Below, piece by piece: positions 22,701 to 37,300 of a stretch of 64,000 nucleotides of DNA. The DNA comes from Paragordius varius (taxonomy: Eukaryota > Animalia > Nematomorpha). The notes below the pieces were generated by a model that saw only the letters and a program-made list of their open reading frames with translations, made no database searches and had not been told where the DNA came from. The stretch lies in NCBI GenBank assembly GCA_964247055.1, contig OZ176050.1:1-64000 (forward strand), written 5' to 3'. The position numbers were made by a program, and so were the translations under genes. Positions within the stretch are counted from its first letter, which is position 1. Each line of letters starts with the position of its first letter.

Positions 22701-25700
22701 AAAAATTTATTTTATACGATTTTAAAAATAAAAATGGCTACCTAAAATCCAAATTTGATCAGGTGATGTCACCATAATTTTTTTTGGGTAGCCCTATGGT
22801 AGTTCCATCATAACCCCAAAAATTTTTGAGATCGGACTTTAAATGTAAATTTTATGAATTTTTAAAATATTTAAAAAATTTATTTTATACGATTTTAAAA
22901 ATAAAAATGGCTACCTAAAATCCAAATTTGATCAGGTGATGTCACCATAATTTTTTTTGGGTAGCGCTATGGTAGTTCCATCATCACCCCAAATATTTTG
23001 GAGATCGGGCTATAAATGAAATTTTATGAATTTTTTAAATATTTAAAAAATTTATTTTATACGATTTTAAAAATAAAAATGGCTACCTAAAATCCAAATT
23101 TGATCAGGTGATGTCACCATAATTTTTTTTGGGTAGCCCTATGGTAGTTCCATCATCACCCCAAATATTTTTGTGATCGGACTTAAATGTAAATTTTATG
23201 AATTTTTTAAATATTTAAAAAATTTATTTTATACGATTTTAAAAATAAAAATGGCTACCTAAAATCAAAATTGGATCAGGTGATGTCACCATAATTTTTT
23301 TTGGGTAGCCCTATGGTAGTTCCATCATAACCCCAAATATTTTGGAGATCGGACTTTAAATGTAAATATTATGAATTTTTAAAATATTTAAAAAATTTAT
23401 TTTATACGATTTTAAAAATAAAAATGGCTACCTAAAAACCAAATTTGATCAGGTGATGTCACCATAATTTTTTTTGGGTAGCCCTATGGTAGTTCCATCA
23501 TCACCCCAAATATTTTGGAGATCGGGCTATAAATGTAAATTTTATGAATTTTTAAAATATTTAAAAAATTTATTTTATACGATTTTAAAAATAAAAATGG
23601 CTACCTAAAAACCAAATTTGATCAGGTGATGTCACCATAATTTTTTTTGGGTAGCCCTATGGTAGTTCCATCATCACCCCAAATATTTTGGAGATCGGGC
23701 TATAAATGTAAATTTTATGAATTTTTTAAATATTTAAAAAATTTATTTTATACGAATTTTAAAATAAAAATGGCTACCTAAAATCCAAATTTGATCAGGT
23801 GATGTCGCCATAATTTTTTTTGGGTAACCTTATGGTAGTTCCATCATAACCCCAAATATTTTTGAGATCGGACTTTAAATGTAAATTAATTTTTAAAATA
23901 TTTAAAAAATTTATTTTATACGATATTAAAAATAAAAATGGCTACCTAAAATCCAAATTTGATCAGGTGATGTCACCATAATTTTTTTTGGGTAGCCCTA
24001 TGGTAATTCCATCATCACCCCAAATATTTTGGGGATCGGACTATAAATGTAATTTTTATGAATTTTTTAAATATTTAAAAAATTTATTTTATACGATTTT
24101 AAAAATAAAAATGGCTACCTAAAATCCAAATTTGATCAGGTGATGTCACCATAATTTTTTTTGGGTAGCCCTATGGTAGTTCCATCATCACCCCAAATAT
24201 TTTCGAGATCGGAGTATAAATGTAATTTTTATGAATTTTTTAAATATTTAAAAAATTTATTTTATACGATTTTAAAAATAAAAATGGCTACCTAAAATCC
24301 AAATTTGATCAGGTGATGTCGCCATAATTTTTTTTGGGTAGCCCTATGGTAGTTCCATCATCACCCCAAATATTTTCGAGATCGGAGTATAAATGTAATT
24401 TTTTTGAATTTTTTAAATATTTAAAAAATTTATTTTATACGATTTTAAAAATAAAAATGGCTGCCTAAAATCCAAATTTGATCAGGTGATGTCGCCATAA
24501 TTTTTTTTGCGTAGCCCTATGGTTGTTCCATCATCACCCCAAATATTTTGGGGATCGGACTATAAATGTAATTTTTATGAATTTTTTAAATATTTAAAAA
24601 ATTTTTTTATACGATTTTAAAAATAAAAATGGCTACCTAAAATCCAAATTTGATCAGGTGATGTCGCCATAATTTTTTTTGCGTAGCCCTATGGTTGTTC
24701 CATCATCACCCCAAATATTTTGGGGATCGGACTATAAATGTAATTTTTATGAATTTTTTAAATATTTAAAAAATTTATTTTATACGATTTAAAAAATAAA
24801 AATGGCTACCTAAAATCCAAATTTGATCAGGTGATGTCACTATAATTTTTTTTGGGTAGCCCTATGGTAGTTCCATCATCACCCCAAATATTGTCGAGAT
24901 CGGAGTATAAATGTAATTTTTATGAATTTTTTAAATATTTAAAAAATTTATTTTATACGATATTAAAAATAAAATTGGCTACCTAAAATCCAAATTTGAT
25001 CAGGTGATGTCACCATAATTTTTTTTGGGTAGCCCTATGGTAATTCCATCATCACCCCAAATATTTTGGGGATCGGACTATAAATGTAATTTTTATGAAT
25101 TTTTTAAATATTTAAAAAATTTATTTTATACGATTTTAAAAATAAAAATGGCTACCTAAAATCCAAATTTGATCAGGTGATGTCACTATAATTTTTTTTG
25201 GGTAGCCCTATGGTAGTTCCATCATCACCCCAAATATTTTCGAGATCGGAGTATAAATGTAATTTTTATGAATTTTTTAAATATTTAAAAATTTATTTTA
25301 TACGATTTTAAAAATAAAAATGGCTACCTAAAATCCAAATTTGATCAGGTGATGTCGCCATAATTTTTTTTGGGTAGCCCTATGGTTGTTCCATCATCAC
25401 CCCAAATATTTTGGGGATCGGACTATAAATGTAATTTTTATGAATTTTTTAAATATTTAAAAAATTTATTTTATACGATTTTAAAAATAAAAATGGCTAC
25501 CTAAAATCCAAATTTGATCAGGTGATGTCACTATAATTTTTTTTGGGTAGCCCTATGGTAGTTCCATCCAAATATTGTCGAGATCGGAGTATAAATGTAA
25601 TTTTTATGAATTTTTTAAATATTTAAAAAATTTATTTTATACGATATTAAAAATAAAATTGGCTACCTAAAATCCAAATTTGATCAGGTGATGTCACCAT

Positions 25701-28300
25701 AATTTTTTTTGGATAGCCCTATGGTAATTCCATCATCACCCCAAATATTTTGGGGATCGGACTATAAATGTAATTTTTATGAATTTTTTAAATATTTAAA
25801 AGATTTATTTTATACGATTTTAAAAATAAAATTGGCTACCTAAAATCCAAATTTGATCAGGTGATGTCACCATAATTTTTTTTGGATAGCCCTATGGTAA
25901 TTCCATCATCACCCCAAATATTTTGGGGATCGGACTATAAATGTAATTTTTATGAATTTTTTAAATATTTAAAAAATTTATTTTATACGATTTTAAAAAT
26001 AAAAATGGCTACCTAAAATCCAAATTTGATCAGGTGATGTCACTATAATTTTTTTGGGTAGCCCTATGGTAGTTCCATCACCCCAAATATTTTCGAGATC
26101 GGAGTATAAATGTAATTTTTATGAATTTTTTAAATATTTAAAAAATTTATTTTATACGATTTTAAAAATAAAAATGGCTACCTAAAAACCAAATTTGATC
26201 AGGTGACCATAATTTTTTTTGGGTAGCCCTATGGTAGTTCCATCATCACCCCAAATATTTTGGAGATCGGGCTATAAATGTAAATTTTATGAATTTTTAA
26301 AATATTTAAAAAATTTATTTTATACGATTTTAAAAATAAAAATGGCTACCTAAAAACCAAATTTGATCAGGTGATGTCACCATAATTTTTTTTGGGTAGC
26401 CCTATGGTAGTTCCATCATCACCCCAAATATTTTGGAGATCGGGCTATAAATGTAAATTTTATGAATTTTTTAAATATTTAAAAAATTTATTTTATACGA
26501 TTTTAAAAATAAAAATGGCTACCTAAAATCCAAATTTGATCAGGTGATGTCGCCATAATTTTTTTTGGGTAACCTTATGGTAGTTCCATCATAACCCCAA
26601 ATATTTTTGAGATCGGACTTTAAATGTAAATTATATGAATTTTTAAAATATTTAAAAAATTTATTTTATACGATTTTAAAAATAAAAATTGCTACCTAAA
26701 ATCCAAATTTGATCAGGTGATGTCACCATAATTTTTTTTGGGTAGCCCTATGGTAGTTCCATCATCACCCCAAATATTTTGGAGATCGGGCTATAAATGT
26801 AAATTTTATGAATTTTTTAAATATTTAAAAAATTTATTTTATAGGATTTCAAAAATAAAAATGGCTACCTAAAATCCAAATTTGATCAGGTGATGTCACC
26901 ATAATTTTTTTTGGGTAGCCCTATGGTAGTTCCATCATCACCCCAAATATTTTGGAGATCGGGCTATAAATGTAAATTTTATGAATTTTTTAAATATTTA
27001 AAAAATTTATTTTATACGATTTTAAAAATAAAAATGGCTACCTAAAATCCAAATTTGATCAGGTGATGTCACCATAATTTTTTTTGGGTAGCCCTATGGT
27101 AGTTCCATCATAACCCCAAAAATTTTTGAGATCGGACTTTAAATGTAAATTTTATGAATTTTTAAAATATTTAAAAAATTTATTTTATACGATTTTAAAA
27201 ATAAAAATGGCTACCTAAAATCCAAATTTGATCAGGTGATGTCACCATAATTTTTTTTGGGTAGCGCTATGGTAGTTCCATCATCACCCCAAATATTTTG
27301 GAGATCGGGCTATAAATGTAAATTTTATGAATTTTTTAAATATTTAAAAAATTTATTTTATACGATTTTAAAAATAAAAATGGCTACCTAAAATCCAAAT
27401 TTGATCAGGTGATGTCACCATAATTTTTTTTGGGTAGCCCTATGGTAGTTCCATCATCACCCCAAATATTTTTGTGATCGGACTTAAATGTAAATTTTAT
27501 GAATTTTTTAAATATTTAAAAAATTTATTTTATACGATTTTAAAAATAAAAATGGCTACCTAAAATCAAAATTGGATCAGGTGATGTCACCATAATTTTT
27601 TTTGGGTAGCCCTATGGTAGTTCCATCATAACCCCAAATATTTTGGAGATCGGACTTTAAATGTAAATATTATGAATTTTTAAAATATTTAAAAAATTTA
27701 TTTTATACGATTTTAAAAATAAAAATGGCTACCTAAAAACCAAATTTGATCAGGTGATGTCACCATAATTTTTTTTGGGTAGCCCTATGGTAGTTCCATC
27801 ATCACCCCAAATATTTTGGAGATCGGGCTATAAATGTAAATTTTATGAATTTTTAAAATATTTAAAAAATTTATTTTATACGATTTTAAAAATAAAAATG
27901 GCTACCTAAAAACCAAATTTGATCAGGTGATGTCACCATAATTTTTTTTGGGTAGCCCTATGGTAGTTCCATCATCACCCCAAATATTTTGGAGATCGGG
28001 CTATAAATGTAAATTTTATGAATTTTTTAAATATTTAAAAAATTTATTTTATACGATTTTAAAAATAAAAATGGCTACCTAAAATCCAAATTTGATCAGG
28101 TGATGTCGCCATAATTTTTTTTGGGTAACCTTATGGTAGTTCCATCATAACCCCAAATATTTTTGAGATCGGACTTTAAATGTAAATTATATGAATTTTT
28201 AAAATATTTAAAAAATTTATTTTATACGATTTTAAAAATAAAAATTGCTACCTAAAATCCAAATTTGATCAGGTGATGTCACCATAATTTTTTTTGGGTA
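13800..28300 (+). repeat. Higher-order structure in the satellite: ~7.23-kb (about 42-mer) tandem duplication with an internal ~4.3-kb (about 25-mer) period
   Basis: 5-bp deletion marker CAGGTGACC at 14671, 18970, 21905 and 26205. ATTTCATACG at 13927 and 21161. TTTTAGAGATC at 14387 and 21621. 9-bp deletion CCATCCAAAT at 18331 and 25566. Block limits are approximate. Confidence 0.85.
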
Positions 28301-31300
28301 GCCCTATGGTAGTTCCATCATCACCCCAAATATTTTGGAGATCGGGCTATAAATGTAAATTTTATGAATTTTTTAAATATTTAAAAAATTTATTTTATAG
28401 GATTTCAAAAATAAAAATGGCTACCTAAAATCCAAATTTGATCAGGTGATGTCACCATAATTTTTTTTGGGTAGCCCTATGGTAGTTCCATCATCACCCC
28501 AAATATTTTGGAGATCGGGCTATAAATGTAAATTTTATGAATTTTTTAAATATTTAAAAAATTTATTTTATACGATTTTAAAAATAAAAATGGCTACCTA
28601 AAATCCAAATTTGATCAGGTGATGTCACCATAATTTTTTTTGGGTAGCCCTATGGTAGTTCCATCATAACCCCAAAAATTTTTGAGATCGGACTTTAAAT
28701 GTAAATTTTATGAATTTTTAAAATATTTAAAAAATTTATTTTATACGATTTTAAAAATAAAAATGGCTACCTAAAATCCAAATTTGATCAGGTGATGTCA
28801 CCATAATTTTTTTTGGGTAGCGCTATGGTAGTTCCATCATCACCCCAAATATTTTGGAGATCGGGCTATAAATGTAAATTTTATGAATTTTTTAAATATT
28901 TAAAAAATTTATTTTATACGATTTTAAAAATAAAAATGGCTACCTAAAATCCAAATTTGATCAGGTGATGTCACCATAATTTTTTTTGGGTAGCCCTATG
29001 GTAGTTCCATCATCACCCCAAATATTTTTGTGATCGGACTTAAATGTAAATTTTATGAATTTTTTAAATATTTAAAAAATTTATTTTATACGATTTTAAA
29101 AATAAAAATGGCTACCTAAAATCAAAATTGGATCAGGTGATGTCACCATAATTTTTTTTGGGTAGCCCTATGGTAGTTCCATCATAACCCCAAATATTTT
29201 GGAGATCGGACTTTAAATGTAAATATTATGAATTTTTAAAATATTTAAAAAATTTATTTTATACGATTTTAAAAATAAAAATGGCTACCTAAAAACCAAA
29301 TTTGATCAGGTGATGTCACCATAATTTTTTTTGGGTAGCCCTATGGTAGTTCCATCATCACCCCAAATATTTTGGAGATCGGGCTATAAATGTAAATTTT
29401 ATGAATTTTTAAAATATTTAAAAAATTTATTTTATACGATTTTAAAAATAAAAATGGCTACCTAAAAACCAAATTTGATCAGGTGATGTCACCATAATTT
29501 TTTTTGGGTAGCCCTATGGTAGTTCCATCATCACCCCAAATATTTTGGAGATCGGGCTATAAATGTAAATTTTATGAATTTTTTAAATATTTAAAAAATT
29601 TATTTTATACGAATTTTAAAATAAAAATGGCTACCTAAAATCCAAATTTGATCAGGTGATGTCGCCATAATTTTTTTTGGGTAACCTTATGGTAGTTCCA
29701 TCATAACCCCAAATATTTTTGAGATCGGACTTTAAATGTAAATTATATGAATTTTTAAAATATTTAAAAAATTTATTTTATACGATATTAAAAATAAAAA
29801 TGGCTACCTAAAATCCAAATTTGATCAGGTGATGTCACCATAATTTTTTTTGGGTAGCCCTATGGTAATTCCATCATCACCCCAAATATTTTGGGGATCG
29901 GACTATAAATGTAATTTTTATGAATTTTTTAAATATTTAAAAAATTTATTTTATACGATTTTAAAAATAAAAATGGCTACCTAAAATCCAAATTTGATCA
30001 GGTGATGTCACCATAATTTTTTTTGGGTAGCCCTATGGTAGTTCCATCATCACCCCAAATATTTTCGAGATCGGAGTATAAATGTAATTTTTATGAATTT
30101 TTTAAATATTTAAAAAATTTATTTTATACGATTTTAAAAATAAAAATGGCTACCTAAAATCCAAATTTGATCAGGTGATGTCGCCATAATTTTTTTTGGG
30201 TAGCCCTATGGTAGTTCCATCATCACCCCAAATATTTTCGAGATCGGAGTATAAATGTAATTTTTTTGAATTTTTAAATATTTAAAAAATTTATTTTATA
30301 CGATTTTAAAAATAAAAATGGCTGCCTAAAATCCAAATTTGATCAGGTGATGTCGCCATAATTTTTTTTGCGTAGCCCTATGGTTGTTCCATCATCACCC
30401 CAAATATTTTGGGGATCGGACTATAAATGTAATTTTTATGAATTTTTTAAATATTTAAAAAATTTTTTTATACGATTTTAAAAATAAAAATGGCTACCTA
30501 AAATCCAAATTTGATCAGGTGATGTCGCCATAATTTTTTTTGCGTAGCCCTATGGTTGTTCCATCATCACCCCAAATATTTTGGGGATCGGACTATAAAT
30601 GTAATTTTTATGAATTTTTTAAATATTTAAAAAATTTATTTTATACGATTTAAAAAATAAAAATGGCTACCTAAAATCCAAATTTGATCAGGTGATGTCA
30701 CTATAATTTTTTTTGGGTAGCCCTATGGTAGTTCCATCATCACCCCAAATATTGTCGAGATCGGAGTATAAATGTAATTTTTATGAATTTTTTAAATATT
30801 TAAAAAATTTATTTTATACGATATTAAAAATAAAATTGGCTACCTAAAATCCAAATTTGATCAGGTGATGTCACCATAATTTTTTTTGGGTAGCCCTATG
30901 GTAATTCCATCATCACCCCAAATATTTTGGGGATCGGACTATAAATGTAATTTTTATGAATTTTTTAAATATTTAAAAAATTTATTTTATACGATTTTAA
31001 AAATAAAAATGGCTACCTAAAATCCAAATTTGATCAGGTGATGTCACTATAATTTTTTTTGGGTAGCCCTATGGTAGTTCCATCATCACCCCAAATATTT
31101 TCGAGATCGGAGTATAAATGTAATTTTTATGAATTTTTTAAATATTTAAAAATTTATTTTATACGATTTTAAAAATAAAAATGGCTACCTAAAATCCAAA
31201 TTTGATCAGGTGATGTCACCATAATTTTTTTTGGGTAGCCCTATGGTAGTTCCATCATCACCCCAAATATTTTTGTGATCGGACTTAAATGTAAATTTTA

Positions 31301-34300
31301 TGAATTTTTTAAATATTTAAAAAATTTATTTTATACGATTTTAAAAATAAAAATGGCTACCTAAAATCAAAATTGGATCAGGTGATGTCACCATAATTTT
31401 TTTTGGGTAGCCCTATGGTAGTTCCATCATAACCCCAAATATTTTGGAGATCGGACTTTAAATGTAAATATTATGAATTTTTAAAATATTTAAAAAATTT
31501 ATTTTATACGATTTTAAAAATAAAAATGGCTACCTAAAAACCAAATTTGATCAGGTGATGTCACCATAATTTTTTTTGGGTAGCCCTATGGTAGTTCCAT
31601 CATCACCCCAAATATTTTGGAGATCGGGCTATAAATGTAAATTTTATGAATTTTTAAAATATTTAAAAAATTTATTTTATACGATTTTAAAAATAAAAAT
31701 GGCTACCTAAAAACCAAATTTGATCAGGTGATGTCACCATAATTTTTTTTGGGTAGCCCTATGGTAGTTCCATCATCACCCCAAATATTTTGGAGATCGG
31801 GCTATAAATGTAAATTTTATGAATTTTTTAAATATTTAAAAAATTTATTTTATACGAATTTTAAAATAAAAATGGCTACCTAAAATCCAAATTTGATCAG
31901 GTGATGTCGCCATAATTTTTTTTGGGTAACCTTATGGTAGTTCCATCATAACACCAAATATTTTTGAGATCGGACTTTAAATGTAAATTATATGAATTTT
32001 TAAAATATTTAAAAAATTTATTTTATACGATATTAAAAATAAAAATGGCTACCTAAAATCCAAATTTGATCAGGTGATGTCACCATAATTTTTTTTGGGT
32101 AGCCCTATGGTAATTCCATCATCACCCCAAATATTTTGGGGATCGGACTATAAATGTAATTTTTATGAATTTTTTAAATATTTAAAAAATTTATTTTATA
32201 CGATTTTAAAAATAAAAATGGCTACCTAAAATCCAAATTTGATCAGGTGATGTCACCATAATTTTTTTTGGGTAGCCCTATGGTAGTTCCATCATCACCC
32301 CAAATATTTTCGAGATCGGAGTATAAATGTAATTTTTATGAATTTTTTAAATATTTAAAAAATTTATTTTATACGATTTTAAAAATAAAAATGGCTACCT
32401 AAAATCCAAATTTGATCAGGTGATGTCGCCATAATTTTTTTTGGGTAGCCCTATGGTAGTTCCATCATCACCCCAAATATTTTCGAGATCGGAGTATAAA
32501 TGTAATTTTTTTGAATTTTTTAAATATTTAAAAAATTTATTTTATACGATTTTAAAAATAAAAATGGCTGCCTAAAATCCAAATTTGATCAGGTGATGTC
32601 GCCATAATTTTTTTTGCGTAGCCCTATGGTTGTTCCATCATCACCCCAAATATTTTGGGGATCGGACTATAAATGTAATTTTTATGAATTTTTTAAATAT
32701 TTAAAAAATTTTTTTATACGATTTTAAAAATAAAAATGGCTACCTAAAATCCAAATTTGATCAGGTGATGTCGCCATAATTTTTTTTGCGTAGCCCTATG
32801 GTTGTTCCATCATCACCCCAAATATTTTGGGGATCGGACTATAAATGTAATTTTTATGAATTTTTTAAATATTTAAAAAATTTATTTTATACGATTTAAA
32901 AAATAAAAATGGCTACCTAAAATCCAAATTTGATCAGGTGATGTCACTATAATTTTTTTTGGGTAGCCCTATGGTAGTTCCATCATCACCCCAAATATTG
33001 TCGAGATCGGAGTATAAATGTAATTTTTATGAATTTTTTAAATATTTAAAAAATTTATTTTATACGATATTAAAAATAAAATTGGCTACCTAAAATCCAA
33101 ATTTGATCAGGTGATGTCACCATAATTTTTTTTGGGTAGCCCTATGGTAATTCCATCATCACCCCAAATATTTTGGGGATCGGACTATAAATGTAATTTT
33201 TATGAATTTTTTAAATATTTAAAAAATTTATTTTATACGATTTTAAAAATAAAAATGGCTACCTAAAATCCAAATTTGATCAGGTGATGTCACTATAATT
33301 TTTTTTGGGTAGCCCTATGGTAGTTCCATCATCACCCCAAATATTTTCGAGATCGGAGTATAAATGTAATTTTTATGAATTTTTTAAATATTTAAAAATT
33401 TATTTTATACGATTTTAAAAATAAAAATGGCTACCTAAAATCCAAATTTGATCAGGTGATGTCGCCATAATTTTTTTTGGGTAGCCCTATGGTTGTTCCA
33501 TCATCACCCCAAATATTTTGGGGATCGGACTATAAATGTAATTTTTATGAATTTTTTAAATATTTAAAAAATTTATTTTATACGATTTTAAAAATAAAAA
33601 TGGCTACCTAAAATCCAAATTTGATCAGGTGATGTCACTATAATTTTTTTTGGGTAGCCCTATGGTAGTTCCATCCAAATATTGTCGAGATCGGAGTATA
33701 AATGTAATTTTTATGAATTTTTTAAATATTTAAAAAATTTATTTTATACGATATTAAAAATAAAATTGGCTACCTAAAATCCAAATTTGATCAGGTGATG
33801 TCACCATAATTTTTTTTGGATAGCCCTATGGTAATTCCATCATCACCCCAAATATTTTGGGGATCGGACTATAAATGTAATTTTTATGAATTTTTTAAAT
33901 ATTTAAAAGATTTATTTTATACGATTTTAAAAATAAAATTGGCTACCTAAAATCCAAATTTGATCAGGTGATGTCACCATAATTTTTTTTGGATAGCCCT
34001 ATGGTAATTCCATCATCACCCCAAATATTTTGGGGATCGGACTATAAATGTAATTTTTATGAATTTTTTAAATATTTAAAAATTTATTTTATACGATTTT
34101 AAAAATAAAAATGGCTACCTAAAATCAAAATTGGATCAGGTGATGTCACCATAATTTTTTTTGGGTAGCCCTATGGTAGTTCCATCATAACCCCAAATAT
34201 TTTGGAGATCGGACTTTAAATGTAAATATTATGAATTTTTAAAATATTTAAAAAATTTATTTTATACGATTTTAAAAATAAAAATGGCTACCTAAAAACC

Positions 34301-37300
34301 AAATTTGATCAGGTGATGTCACCATAATTTTTTTTGGGTAGCCCTATGGTAGTTCCATCATCACCCCAAATATTTTGGAGATCGGGCTATAAATGTAAAT
34401 TTTATGAATTTTTAAAATATTTAAAAAATTTATTTTATACGATTTTAAAAATAAAAATGGCTACCTAAAAACCAAATTTGATCAGGTGATGTCACCATAA
34501 TTTTTTTTGGGTAGCCCTATGGTAGTTCCATCATCACCCCAAATATTTTGGAGATCGGGCTATAAATGTAAATTTTATGAATTTTTTAAATATTTAAAAA
34601 ATTTATTTTATACGAATTTTAAAATAAAAATGGCTACCTAAAATCCAAATTTGATCAGGTGATGTCGCCATAATTTTTTTTGGGTAACCTTATGGTAGTT
34701 CCATCATAACCCCAAATATTTTTGAGATCGGACTTTAAATGTAAATTATATGAATTTTTAAAATATTTAAAAAATTTATTTTATACGATATTAAAAATAA
34801 AAATGGCTACCTAAAATCCAAATTTGATCAGGTGATGTCACCATAATTTTTTTTGGGTAGCCCTATGGTAATTCCATCATCACCCCAAATATTTTGGGGA
34901 TCGGACTATAAATGTAATTTTTATGAATTTTTTAAATATTTAAAAAATTTATTTTATACGATTTTAAAAATAAAAATGGCTACCTAAAATCCAAATTTGA
35001 TCAGGTGATGTCACCATAATTTTATTTGGGTAGCCCTATGGTAGTTCCATCATCACCCCAAATATTTTCGAGATCGGAGTATAAATGTAATTTTTATGAA
35101 TTTTTTAAATATTTAAAAAATTTATTTTATACGATTTTAAAAATAAAAATGGCTACCTAAAATCCAAATTTGATCAGGTGATGTCGCCATAATTTTTTTT
35201 GGGTAGCCCTATGGTAGTTCCATCATCACCCCAAATATTTTCGAGATCGGAGTATAAATGTAATTTTTTTGAATTTTTTAAATATTTAAAAAATTTATTT
35301 TATACGATTTTAAAAATAAAAATGGCTGCCTAAAATCCAAATTTGATCAGGTGATGTCGCCATAATTTTTTTTGCGTAGCCCTATGGTTGTTCCATCATC
35401 ACCCCAAATATTTTGGGGATCGGACTATAAATGTAATTTTTATGAATTTTTTAAATATTTAAAAAATTTTTTTATACGATTTTAAAAATAAAAATGGCTA
35501 CCTAAAATCCAAATTTGATCAGGTGATGTCGCCATAATTTTTTTTGCGTAGCCCTATGGTTGTTCCATCATCACCCCAAATATTTTGGGGATCGGACTAT
35601 AAATGTAATTTTTATGAATTTTTTAAATATTTAAAAAATTTATTTTATACGATTTAAAAAATAAAAATGGCTACCTAAAATCCAAATTTGATCAGGTGAT
35701 GTCACTATAATTTTTTTTGGGTAGCCCTATGGTAGTTCCATCATCACCCCAAATATTGTCGAGATCGGAGTATAAATGTAATTTTTATGAATTTTTTAAA
35801 TATTTAAAAAATTTATTTTATACGATATTAAAAATAAAATTGGCTACCTAAAATCCAAATTTGATCAGGTGATGTCACCATAATTTTTTTTGGGTAGCCC
35901 TATGGTAATTCCATCATCACCCCAAATATTTTGGGGATCGGACTATAAATGTAATTTTTATGAATTTTTTAAATATTTAAAAAATTTATTTTATACGATT
36001 TTAAAAATAAAAATGGCTACCTAAAATCCAAATTTGATCAGGTGATGTCACTATAATTTTTTTTGGGTAGCCCTATGGTAGTTCCATCATCACCCCAAAT
36101 ATTTTCGAGATCGGAGTATAAATGTAATTTTTATGAATTTTTTAAATATTTAAAAATTTATTTTATACGATTTTAAAAATAAAAATGGCTACCTAAAATC
36201 CAAATTTGATCAGGTGATGTCGCCATAATTTTTTTTGGGTAGCCCTATGGTTGTTCCATCATCACCCCAAATATTTTGGGGATCGGACTATAAATGTAAT
36301 TTTTATGAATTTTTTAAATATTTAAAAAATTTATTTTATACGATTTTAAAAATAAAAATGGCTACCTAAAATCCAAATTTGATCAGGTGATGTCACTATA
36401 ATTTTTTTTGGGTAGCCCTATGGTAGTTCCATCCAAATATTGTCGAGATCGGAGTATAAATGTAATTTTTATGAATTTTTTAAATATTTAAAAAATTTAT
36501 TTTATACGATATTAAAAATAAAATTGGCTACCTAAAATCCAAATTTGATCAGGTGATGTCACCATAATTTTTTTTGGATAGCCCTATGGTAATTCCATCA
36601 TCACCCCAAATATTTTGGGGATCGGACTATAAATGTAATTTTTATGAATTTTTTAAATATTTAAAAGATTTATTTTATACGATTTTAAAAATAAAATTGG
36701 CTACCTAAAATCCAAATTTGATCAGGTGATGTCACCATAATTTTTTTTGGATAGCCCTATGGTAATTCCATCATCACCCCAAATATTTTGGGGATCGGAC
36801 TATAAATGTAATTTTTATAAATTTTTTAAATATTTAAAAAATTTATTTTATACGATTTTAAAAATAAAATGGCTACCTAAAATCCAAATTTGATCAGGTG
36901 ATGTCACTATAATTTTTTTGGGTAGCCCTATGGTAGTTCCATCACCCCAAATATTTTCGAGATCGGAGTATAAATGTAATTTTTATGAATTTTTTAAATA
37001 TTTAAAAATTTATTATACGATTTTAAAAATAAAAATGGCTACCTAAAATCCAAATTTGATCAGGTGATGTCGCCATAATTTTTTTTGGGTAGCCCTATGG
37101 TAGTTCCATCATCACCCCAAATATTTTCGAGATCGGAGTATAAATGTAATTTTTTTGAATTTTTTAAATATTTAAAAAATTTATTTTATACGATTTTAAA
37201 AATAAAAATGGCTACCTAAAATCCAAATTTGATCAGGTGATGTCGCCATAATTTTTTTTGCGTAGCCCTATGGTTGTTCCATCATCACCCCAAATATTTT

